Source of the DNA: Balanoglossus misakiensis
Taxonomy: Eukaryota; Animalia; Hemichordata
Assembly (NCBI GenBank): GCA_040954595.2
Contig: CM082583.2
Coordinates: 2,737,060 to 2,801,059 of the forward strand
DNA length: 64,000 bases
Reading direction: 5' to 3'
This document shows positions 23,294 to 33,700 of the stretch, one piece after another. A program made the position numbers and the translations under genes. Below the pieces are notes generated by a model that searched no databases, had not been told where the DNA came from, and worked only from the letters and a program-made list of their open reading frames with translations. Positions within the stretch are counted from its first letter, which is position 1; each line of letters starts with the position of its first letter.

Positions 23294-23974
23294 GGCTTTC
23301 TGGTGAACACTACATGTATACTCTGACGTATTCAATGTTAGTTCCAGAGGGGCTTGCGTGGGCAGACTGAATGAAATCTAGGTTTTGCAAGAGTGAATTG
23401 GACAATTTTGGATGGCCTGTCAGTATGTAATAACTCCTACTCTCAATTCAATGACATAGCACCCTTGAAGATGGGCACAGTCATAAACTGAAACCACTCA
23501 CACAAAAATAAAAATGCACTATTATTAATCGACTATTGTAAATATTATTTACAGTGCCTCGTAGCGTATCGTTATGATTAATTGTTAGGTAAACGGAGAA
23601 TCCACAATTGGACGTTTTGTTTAGATCTGTCAGATCTTAAAGTTTATCTGGCACAAAGAGTGATGGGTAAACTTTGTCAGGGTCATTCCCGAGTGTAAAC
23701 TAGCCGATACTTTGCCCGTACTTCTAACTATATATAACCGTTGCAGTAGATGAAACATGCAAATGAAAATTCGTGACGTCACAGCCTGGGTCTGTCAACA
23801 AGGAATGATCTCTTATGTGCAGCAAACTGCACGTATTTTTCAATAAGTGCATCACAGATCAGTGCTATTGAATCAAATTAAATTTACTCTTAAATTTGTT
23901 AATGCATCAATTATACGAGAAATATCATGGAAGATAAACTTTAAGGTCTATTAGTTTTATTTGTTTGTACGTTT

Positions 23975-24004
23975 GCCTGTCTGTCTGGTCGTGTCTGTCT
24001 GTCC

Positions 24005-24048
<44 letters not shown>
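23975..24048. repeat. (GTCT)n microsatellite
   Basis: Read directly from the sequence. Confidence 0.95.
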
Positions 24049-24082
24049 GATTGTGTGTTGTCTGTTGATTTTATATCTGCAG

Positions 24083-24348
24083 TGGGTGTGAAGCTTACAC
24101 GTATTCCACGCGAGGTTACCACTTCGACAACGCAGAAAAAGACGTGAGGCTTTGCACGCTGTTCACAGACCTGAATACCCCAATCGTCCTCAAGAAGCAC
24201 GAGGACTGGACCGACACCTTAGCACAGGACATTGAAGATGGCCAGTACATACTTACATGGGGGTGCTGGGCAAAGTCTGACCCACGAAACCCGGGCGACA
24301 AATGGCGTGGCGTGGGCCTGCAGAATGTCATGGTCTTTCGAACTTTAG
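24083..24348 (+). CDS. Exon 8: C-terminal part of PAN/apple-like domain
   Basis: SGCEAYTYS...RLCTLF; phase 2-1; CAG acceptor, G|GTGAAT donor. Confidence 0.78.
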
Positions 24349-24432
24349 GTGAATATTCCTGCAGTGTTGTGAGGATATCCGCGATTGTCATTCAACGGGG
24401 TGTTGAATTACTGTAATGCATGTTGGTGATAT

Positions 24433-25594
24433 TATGGCGCGTAATCGACGCCAAAATTAACACCTCACTTTTTGAGTGAAACGCATTCGTTTTGAGGCAA
24501 CACATTTGATTTGAAGGTCGAAACTTTTTAATCGTCGAGGACCACATTCGTTTTGAGCTGACACGCATTTGAATCGGACGTGACCTCATTTGAGTTGGGA
24601 CAAACCATTTTTGACTTGGAGTACACTGCATTTGATTTGAGTGACGATACTTTTGAGTTGAGACAAACCGTGTTTGAATTTGAGTCCACCGCATTCCATT
24701 TGAGGCTCAACTTGTGAATGGGACACCATATCATTTGATTTGACTCAGGTTTTTCTTCCAATTGATTGTACCAGAATGTGGCTCTCCGTAAAACAACCCT
24801 TCTTTGTAGCGATTAGCTTTGCCCAGACAACATGAAACGTCACAAAGCGTCATGCCCTACGTCACATGACGTCATTAACCCTTCTTTGTAGCGATTAGCT
24901 CCAATCACTATGCATATTGGGTATGTTTTCCTTTTGAAAAGTAGAAATAGACATTACTTTTTTTCTCTTGTAGGCCTGTCTCATTGTTTCTAATATAACT
25001 TTTTGGGAACTTCAATGCGTTGCCTACGGGCGGGAACCTATTACTGATATGAAACACACAACCTATATATGGTTCCGGGTCAGTCCTTCCAGACCCCCCA
25101 GTTCAGTAACAGAAAACACCTGTATATATTAATGACGTCATGTGACGTTGGGCATGACGCTTTGTGACGTTTCATGTTGTCTGGGCAAAGCTAATCGCTA
25201 CAAAGAAGGGTTGTTTTACGGAGAGCCACATTCTGGTACAATCAATTGGAAGAAAAACCTGAGTCAAATCAAATGAGATGGTGTCCCATTCAAAAGTTGA
25301 GCCTCAAATGGAATGCGGTGGACTCAAATTCAAACACGGTTTGTCTCAACTCAGAAGTATCGTCACTCAAATCAAATGCAGTGTACTCCAAGTCGAAAAT
25401 GGTTTGTCCCAACTCAAATGAGGTCACGTCCGATTCAAATGCGTGTCAGCTCAAAACGAATGTGGTCCTCGGCGATTAAAAAGTGTCGACCTTCAAATCA
25501 AATGTGTTGCCTCAAAACGAATGCGTTTCACTCAAAACGAATGCGTTTCGCTCAAAAAGTGAGGTGTTCATTTTGGCCTCGATTACGCGCCATA
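24433..25594. mobile_element. Foldback-type non-autonomous DNA transposon with ~450-bp TIRs
   Basis: 24433-24878 is the near-perfect reverse complement of 25129-25594. Arms are built of ~20-bp TTTGAG/CTCAAA subrepeats, with a ~250-bp spacer. 7-bp flanking direct repeat GTGATAT. Confidence 0.9.
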
Positions 25595-25800
25595 GTGATA
25601 TGTTAATAGAAGTCAATGACGATCAAATACAAGATAGTATGTTCCATCTAGTGCATGATACCAAGTTCACACGGATTTTTTGAGTCAAGGTTCTATTTAT
25701 CTAGAATGTTATCTACAAAATTTCTTGTGTGTTGTAAAGAAAAGTAAACGTAACATATAAGCTGCTTTTCACCCCGATGGGATTTTACTCTATTTTTCAG

Positions 25801-26018
25801 CGAACAAAAACTACAGTATAAACATATACATGACGGATGGACCGCCCAGCGGACTGCACATAGCGTTGGTGATCATGGGAACTACGGACGACACGACTCC
25901 GATTTATTTGTTCGTCAAGCGGGGAAATCAGCAATTCTACGTCGTTAACAGGAACGTGGGCTTCGTCACGGCGTTGGAGATCGTCGGACAGATCGGAACT
26001 CAAATTACTTTAGAAACG
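25801..26018 (+). CDS. Exon 9: PLAT/LH2-like domain, first part
   Basis: YSINIYMT..HIALVIMGT..NVGFVTALEIV; phase 1-0. Confidence 0.75.
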
Positions 26019-26180
26019 GTAAGGAATACAATGTGTTCCCATGCATGTAGTTGGTCTGTGATTGCGAATAACTTGATTGTTTCTCCACGTATGTTTGTTT
26101 TAATATATGCCCTCATGAGTGACGAAAATCACGCGAAGGAAGGACAGTGAATAAAATGCATCTTTCGCATGATCTCGTAG

Positions 26181-26328
26181 GTTGAAGTCCAACTGGATAG
26201 CGTGGTTTCTTCGTTCAAGTGTGACTGGTGCGGAGAGTCCCATTTCAACTCTTTACACGGGGTGACCGAGTGTCGGAAGAAAGGGTACCTTGGTGGAGAT
26301 ATGCCTAATACACGCGTCATCATGCCAA
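26181..26328 (+). CDS. Exon 10: PLAT-like end (VEVQ..FKCDW) plus linker
   Basis: TAG acceptor, phase 0; donor A|GTGGGT is the least certain junction. Confidence 0.65.
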
Positions 26329-26381
26329 GTGGGTCAATGCTATAGACAGTTAACTTTTTATCAGTCGCATTGGTGCATATC

Positions 26382-26432
26382 GATATCATCATCATCATCA
26401 TCATCATCATCATGAGCATCACCATCATCATC
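26382..26432. repeat. (ATC)n microsatellite
   Basis: Read directly from the sequence. Confidence 0.9.
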
Positions 26433-26737
26433 GACATTACTCGCCAAGTTTACTTTTCTTACTGTTAATTAAAATATGTAAGGAAAGAGTAGTTCTTGAT
26501 GGACAGGATGATGAATGTGGCATCAGAATGGTAACTATTTTTTTTCCCCGCTTGTCGTAAATGGGAAGTGGGTCTCATGATATTAAGGGTAGATGGATAA
26601 TGGACAGCCACTTATTCAGTGAATGCCTTCGCTGGGTCAATGGAGCCATCTCAGCCAAGCTATGCACACATCAGAGCGTTATATGTGGGTGTCGTGGCGA
26701 AAGAGTTGACTATATATTCCTTCCTCTTTTGCACCAG

Positions 26738-26947
26738 CTACCACAGCAATCTTCTCGGACTACCAAGGGTTTGCCTGCACATCGACGGCCTTCTCCTCAA
26801 CCAATACTGGATCTTTCTTCGGTTGGTGCCCTCTACCGCCGCAGTTGATCTCAATCGCGGTGCCGAGTACGGGACACTGGCCGCCCTACTTAGTCGATAT
26901 CTGGGAGAAAGAGGGTCCATATAGACGCCGGAAACGCGATGCTGGCG
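26738..26947 (+). CDS. Exon 11: linker ending in furin-type site RRRKR
   Basis: Polypyrimidine plus CAG; open 70 codons ...WEKEGPYRRRKRDAG; G|GTGAGT donor. Confidence 0.75.
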
Positions 26948-27355
26948 GTGAGTACACGTTTAACAGCAGAAGGTGTTTTTTGATGAGGAACTGTGCATCA
27001 CACTACCAAATGCTGAAGTACCTCTCGGCTGGACACATTCTGATTCACAATTATTAATACCGTCCCATGCACCGATTTGTTTTGTGCAGTACAGGAAACA
27101 AACAAATAAACCAGCTGACTGACTGAAGGACTGATGTTGATTACATGAGGAGTTCGCCAAAATGGCTCTTAACCAAACCTATCGAAATACTGTACGTTAG
27201 TCTCACATGTTTCTATAAGATCCATTGCGGACTTGTGATCGTATTATCCAGTCCTCAGTCAGTAATAAATATGGAGTGCCCATAATTAAATGCCTAATGG
27301 TGTACCTTTACCTCCTTTAAGATATATTGCCAATACGTATTCCTGTTTTGATCAG

Positions 27356-27644
27356 AAGGCGAGGCAAGGTTTCTGATAACCACGGAACAGTTAACCTGGC
27401 AGGAAGCGGTTGATGTCTGCCTACAACACGGGAAAGTCCCCGCCAAGGTTTTTGATGACGAAACGCTGGTCGAAGCCCAGGCAGAAATAGCGAAACAAGG
27501 CTTGACTGGTCACGACCTTTGGGTCAATGGTTACGAAGACGGTACGGGTGTTTGGACAACCCACGACAATCTGCCCCTTTCACTGGAGACCGGTCTCTGG
27601 AATGGCGGGGAACCTAATCGCTCTGTAAAATGTTTGCAGATGTG
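27356..27644 (+). CDS. Exon 12: C-type lectin domain (EPN motif)
   Basis: LTWQEAVDVC..LWVNG..WNGGEPN..KCLQMW; phase 1-2. Confidence 0.9.
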
Positions 27645-27872
27645 GTATGCTGTTATGTTTTTTGTCCTAACGCAATCGTGGGTTGACATACGTCATGTTT
27701 TGTGCTAGTTGCTACTGGTGATTCGAGGTAAAGGTATTGTAACTCCTTGTCGTGTGGTACGACGATTCAGTAATAAAATTTGCCCAATCGTGACTAAAGG
27801 GTAGATTGGTTCGCTATGAACGGGCGTGTGTCCATGGACAGCTATAAGATCAATGCCTCTTTTTTCTTAAAG

Positions 27873-27952
27873 GTATCACCGGGATACAATGGAATACAAG
27901 TTAGATGATACGTCTTGCTCTGTGAGGAAGTATTCAATGTGTGAAACCCAGT
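27873..27952 (+). CDS. Exon 13: C-type lectin C-terminus
   Basis: YKLDDTSCSVRKYSMCE; phase 2-1. Confidence 0.88.
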
Positions 27953-28096
27953 GTAAGTTCACTTCTGTGTTTGATTAATATCACAAAGACTTAGCATAAT
28001 AATAAAATTACTTAAAAGTCATCAGACAAAGAATCTTGGCACGATTAGTGTCTTCTGTGTAACTAGCTAATTCTGAGATGTTTATGCACTTTCCAG

Positions 28097-28428
28097 CCAC
28101 TGCAAAAGCCTCCGATTGCAAGTCTAACAACGACATCTTTGCAAACACCGAATGCGTGGCGCTGCTGAATTTCAGAATAAACAGTCTTAGGAACAGAAAC
28201 TTGGAGGACATGTCCGTCATCGTGGAAAGCGCCGTTTTGGATCTGAACTTCAAGGGAGAGAGACACATACGGTACTTTGCCCTGGAAGGCATAATAGATC
28301 CTTGGACCAGGATATCCTCGTCCAACTCCCGTATTCCACGGGCTGTTTTGATCGACACTATTGATACGAATACAACCAGTCACCTAGGGGTTTCCATCGA
28401 GTCTGATGCGCTGACGGAGTCGATCGAG
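28097..28428 (+). CDS. Exon 14: DNRLRE/CBM96-like beta domain, first part
   Basis: ALLNFRI...IVESAVLDL...DPW; phase 1-0. The domain name is by-eye inference. Confidence 0.7.
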
Positions 28429-28687
28429 GTAGTGTTTTATTTCTTGGTATTTCACGAGAGTTCAAAAATATGTTCCACCAAGACTATAAGAAGCCATTAA
28501 TTAAAATTCTTTACTTGCATTGGTACCGGCTTAGGGGAGAATCATTCGATTTCCTTGGGGAGGGGGATTTGTGTATGTCAGCAAAACAATTCAGCCACAT
28601 TTTTGTCGATTGCTAGTACACCGTTTTTTTTCTCAAGTTAGGTTTCCCCTGCTCCAATCCACAACTTGTGTATGGCTCACTTTTCAG

Positions 28688-28829
28688 GGACAACTGAACG
28701 GGAAGTTCGCTGCCGGACGCAATGGTTACATGATACGTCCGCTCAGGGACCATCAACAGGCTGGATTTGATGACATCGTCGTTTTGGAAAACTCGGGTTT
28801 GAGACCGAGATTAAAGGTCCAACTAAAGC
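28688..28829 (+). CDS. Exon 15: DNRLRE/CBM96-like domain end
   Basis: RNGYMIR...ENSGLRPRLKVQL; phase 0-1. Confidence 0.72.
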
Positions 28830-29267
28830 GTAAGTAGATGACGAGAACAACACTGAATCACACTAAGTTACATGTACTAACCTACGATATGAAGCAATTT
28901 GTAACGAAATATTATGAGTACACGCATTATTTGACGAAATTAGTAGACACCATAACAAAGGCTTGTTATAATGTTTCATTAGCAGTAACTCAGTGCACTC
29001 AAAGATCTGAATGGAATCTTCTTATTGCCGCTTGTTGTTATTCTATTCGAAGTCCTTTTAGTGTTTTCTTCTTAGCTTGTCAACTTCTATTATTTTGTTT
29101 GTTTGTTTTTCCGCATCGTTCAAATTGTTTTGTTCTGACGAATGGTGTTATAAAACGACCAACTACGACGACCTCTACTTAGCCTACTGATAATTGTATT
29201 AATTAGCTGTATACAAAATACACTTGACGTCATCAGACTTGTTCACACGTTTTCCGCCTTACTACAG

Positions 29268-29448
29268 TGTTCAAGTGGTTGGTAGGGCCGTGGAGTGCAT
29301 GTGCCCAAGCTGGATGCATCGAAGGAACACAGTCACGAAGTGTCAAATGCATCGAAGCCCTCACGAATTTGCCCACCGATGAGCACTTCTGCAGATACAA
29401 ATTGCGACCGTACACGAATCAATCTTGTGTTGCTGGCTATCTCGCAAG
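29268..29448 (+). CDS. Exon 16: ADAMTS-type thrombospondin-1 repeat
   Basis: WLVGPWSAC..CIEGTQSRSVKC..C..RP..QSC; phase 1-2. Confidence 0.92.
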
Positions 29449-29456
29449 GTAAGTCC

Positions 29457-29629
29457 TTGACTCTCTCAAAGCCCACGGTTCGCTACAACAAGCTCTTCAC
29501 TGACGCGCCCCCAACCGTTTGGCAAGGGAGAAGCACCGTTTGGTGTTGTGTAGCGAACCTCTCGTCGGGTACACATGCAATCAGACCATAAGCCTGCATG
29601 GACGGCGAGAGGGGCTGTGAGAGAGTCTA
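29457..29629. mobile_element. Short TIR MITE with 9-bp TSD (AcademH-like), copy 2
   Basis: TIRs TTGACTCTCTCAAAGCCC / GGGCTGTGAGAGAGTCTA; TSD GGTAAGTCC (29448-29456, 29630-29638). Confidence 0.85.
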
Positions 29630-29975
29630 GGTAAGTCCTTGCCCCGTCACTGCGGGTCAGTCGATATGCCCTGAAATAATTATTACAATCCTGAAATAAA
29701 ATGCATTTGCGATTATATAACATATCTACTTCTAGACCGAAATTATTGGTTGCTGGAAATAGATACTTTTTTGCAGGTTTGTGTCTATTAAACGAGTCAC
29801 CCTTCTAAAAGCTAACTTACAACAATACCTTGATATCACAGAATTACAGGGAATATGTATTGTAGTGTATACAGCTGCATTCCTGAACACCTGTGCTTTC
29901 CAAAAATATGCAGGTTTTAATAATGGGGTCCATTTTGACTGATTTTATTTTGAATGAACTTTTTTTGATCGGCAG

Positions 29976-30149
29976 TTGCTTCGAATGGCAATACCGACCA
30001 CGCCCAGGTTCACCCTGTACCGGCTCCAACAAGTGTGGTACAGGACGGATGGTGACTGAACTGGTCTGTGTTGATTCACAGACCCTTCAAAATGTTTCAG
30101 AGTACTACTGTACCTACGATAGGCCAGACCGGAGAACTTCGACGATAAC
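29976..30149 (+). CDS. Exon 17: second TSP1-like repeat (gene continues beyond window)
   Basis: FEW...PC..CGTGRMVTELVCVD..VSEYYC..RP; donor AC|GTAAGT. Confidence 0.85.
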
Positions 30150-30359
30150 GTAAGTAGTTTCTTAAGATATTTTGATTAATGGGTCAGTCAGTTAGTTAGT
30201 CAAGAAAAGGGTCAATTTTGCAGTAGATGGGTCGGCTGCTTACAATAAATATAGTTAGTTGACGACATCGCTTATCAAACGCCATCTTGTTCTAGGGCCA
30301 ATCCTGCCAATGGAAAGGCTTATAGTAAGTTCGATGAGGAGACAAGCGTCGGGTTTCAT

Positions 30360-30775
30360 AAAAAGTTTTATTGTTAAAAACTTGTTCTACCAACGTTTCG
30401 ATCCTTCACTGAGGATCTTCTTCAGGGATCTAAAAATAGCAAAATGTAGGTGGAAAATAAAAATGAGCTGTACGGTCAAAAATCTCATTGAGTATTGTAT
30501 AAATAAAGTCTGAAACGAAGACAAAATTAAAAACAGTCGGAACTGCAGTCGGACATGCGGACAAAAAATTAGACTTGAGTAAAATGACAACTTGTAAAAC
30601 GGAATGATAAAAATAAATGTAAAGAGACAAGACAAAAGAAACTTACTCAGCAGTGAAAGTCTGAATGTGGTCTGAATAAAGACAAAGAGGACTCCCTAGT
30701 ATGGGAGGAAAAATCAAACGGACTGCCTAGCAGTAAACAAAGACTATAGGTGGTGGGAAAAATATGAATGAAAGA
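30360..30775 (-). mobile_element. 3' region (pLTR/UTR) of a Penelope-like element
   Basis: Hammerhead-like motif followed by AATAAA (30367-30372, minus strand). Abuts the left end of the HINE array whose right end abuts the GIY-YIG stop codon. Outer boundary is approximate. Confidence 0.7.
30390..30427 (-). ncRNA. Minimal hammerhead ribozyme motif (Penelope type)
   Basis: Minus strand CC-CUGAAGA-A-GAUCC-UCAGUGAA-GGAUC-GAAA-CGUU-GG: core boxes, 5-bp stem II, palindromic AACGUU stem III, weak stem I. Confidence 0.7.
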
Positions 30776-33700
30776 ATTAAAGCTGCGAGCAGCATTGTCG
30801 GGCCCAAGCGCTGATCTTGAATTATATATGCACAGTATGAATGAGAAGAAACAGAATTTTTTATCGGATGTATTATCTCATGACATAATAAGGATGTGTG
30901 TATTTTTGCTGCTGAAATAGGGTGAAGTAGGTCAAAGGTCACCTGAGGTCACCCACAATTTGGGCAATTTTTTTTACCCATACTGGTCCATGTCCAACAA
31001 AAACCAAAACTCTAGCTCTATTGGTTCGCCTGTAATTAGGTATGTGCATATTTAATGAGGTCAGCAGATGTTACAGGTGACCCAAAAATGTGGCTTTACA
31101 TTTTGGTCCCATCCTACCAAATGCCATGGCTGTATCTGCTCTGGATGCTGAGATATGCGAAAGTAGGTCAAAGGTCACCAGAGGGCACCCAACATTTGGG
31201 CAAAAAATTTTGATCCCATACTGGTCCATGTCCAACAAAAACCAAACCTCTAGCTGTATTGGTTCGCCTGTTATTAGCTATGCACATAATTAATGAGGTC
31301 AGCTGAGGTCAAAGGGGTCATGAAAAGTAGCAAAATATTTTGATCACACACTAATCCACATTCATCAAAAACCAATCGTCTAGCCCTATAGGTTAGCCTG
31401 GAATTAGATATGCAGAAATAATAATGCGGGATAAGTAGGTCAAAGGTCATGTGAAAAATCGCCAAAAAATTGTAACATATTTTAGTCACATGACGATTGA
31501 TATCCATAAAAAGAATTTGTATGCTATCAATTTTTAGACTAGAAAAAGGAATTTCAATTTTTCACTGCTTTTTACAAAATCCAATATGGCCGCCATAATC
31601 TTCGACCAATCACAATGCTCTTTGCAAACTTGATAGACATCAGTGTAGTGACCATACTCCCCGAATCTTGCAACTCAGTCATCTCCCGTTCTGGAGAAGA
31701 AGATTTTTGGAGTTTAACTATGGTTTTTCGAAAATCCAAAATGGCCGCCATAATCTTCGACCAATCACAATGATCTTCGCAAACTTGATAGACATTAGTT
31801 AGGTGACCACATACCCCAAACCCCGTGTCTCGGTTATCACCGGTTCTGGAGAAGAAGATTTTTGAAATTTAAGCCAGATTTCAGAAAAAAAATTGTAGCA
31901 AAAAAACTGCAACATTGACAGCAAAATTTCCAATTACAAAAATGATGGGTAGAAGGTACTCTACCTGCATGCCAAATTTGAAGTCGATCTGACTTGTAGT
32001 TTCTGAGATCTGAGATTTGCATTTTTTCAGAAAATCCAATATGGCCGCCAGGTCACGTGACTAATTAAGTATTCACAAGTCACTGCACATCTACTCATTG
32101 ACCTTGACCACTGTAGCAAGTTTGAGAAGTGTACCTGCAGTAGTTTCAGAGATCTCGTTGGCCGAAGAATTGACACAAGAATAAAGAAAGAATTAAAGCT
32201 GCAAGCAGCATTGTCGGGCCCAAGCGCTGATCTTGAATTATATATGCACAGTATGAATGAGAAGAAACATAATTTTCTATCGGGTGTATTATCTCATGAC
32301 ATAACAAGGGCGTATGTATTTTTGCTGCTGAAATAGGGTAAAGTAGGTCAAAGGTCACCTGAGGTCATCCAACATTTGGGCAAAATATTTTGACCCATGC
32401 TGGGCCATGTCCAACAAAAACCAAAACTCTAGCTCTATTGGTTCGCGTGTAATTAGGTATGTGCATATTTAATGAGGTCAGCAGGTGTCACAGGTGAGCC
32501 AAAAATTTGGCTTTACATTTAGGTCCCATCCTGCCAAGTGCCATGGCTGTATCTGCTCTGGATGCTGAGATATGCGAAAGTAGGTCAAAGGTCACCAGAG
32601 GTCACCCAAAATTTGGGCAAAAATTTTGATCCCATACTGGTCCATGTCCAACAAAAATCAAACCTCTAGCTCTATTGGTTCGCCTGAAATTAGCTATGCA
32701 CATAATTAATGAGGTCAGCAGAGGTCAAAGGGGTCATGAAAAGTAGCAAAATATTTTGATCACACACTAATCCACATTCATCAAAAACCAAACCTCTAGC
32801 CCTATAGGTTAGCCTGGAATTAGATACGCAGAAATAATAACGCATGATAAGTAGGTCAAAGGTCATGTGAAAAATCACCAAAAAATTGTAGCATATTTTA
32901 GTCACATGACGACTGATATCCATAAAAAGAATTTGTATGCTATCAATTTTTAGACTAGAAAAAGGAATTTCAATTTTTCACTGCTTTTTACAAAATCCAA
33001 TATGGCCGCCATAATCTTCGACCAATCACAATGCTCTTTGCAAACTTGATAGACATCAGTGTAGTGACCATACTCCCTGAATCTTGCGACTCAGTCATCG
33101 GTCCTTCTGGAGAAGAAGATTTTTGCAGTTTTACTATGGTTTTTCGAAAATCCAATATGGCCGCCATAATCTTCGACCAATCACAATGATCTTCGCAAAC
33201 TTGATAGACATCAGTTAGGTGACCACATACCCCAAACCCCGTGTCTCGGTTATCACTGGTTCTGGAGAAGAAGATTTTTGAAATTTAAGCCAGATTTGAG
33301 AAAAACAACTGTAGCAAAAAAACTGCAACATTGACAGCAAAATTTCCAATTACACAAATGATGGGTAGAAGGTAGTCTACCTGCATGCCAAATTTGAAGT
33401 CGATCTGACTTGTAGTTTCTGAGATCTGAGATTTGATTTTTTTCAGAAAATCCAATATGGCCGCCAGGTCACGTGACTAATTAAGTATTCACAAGTCACT
33501 GCACATCTACTCATTGACCTTGACCACTGTAGCAAGTTTGAGAAGTGTACCTGCAGCGGTGTCTGAGATCTCGTTGCCCAAAGAATTGACACAAGAATAA
33601 AGAAAGAAAGAAAGAAAGAATTAAAGCTGCAAGCAGCATTGTCCGGGCCCAAGCTCTATTATCTGATCTGATTATTAGATATGCACATAATTAATGAGTA

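Larger units (their letters stand above)
14026..30149 (+). other. Multi-exon gene span (17 exons, ~1204 codons, continues beyond window): secreted mosaic protein SP-EGF-FN3-FN3-kringle-PAN-PLAT-furin-CTLD-DNRLRE-like-TSP1-TSP1
   Basis: All 16 internal GT-AG junctions are phase-compatible, and I found no in-frame stops when joining the exons by hand. Confidence 0.85.

Noticed and set aside
24392-25606. Mirror-image ORF pairs on opposite strands
   Set aside because: A by-product of the foldback inverted repeat, not genes.
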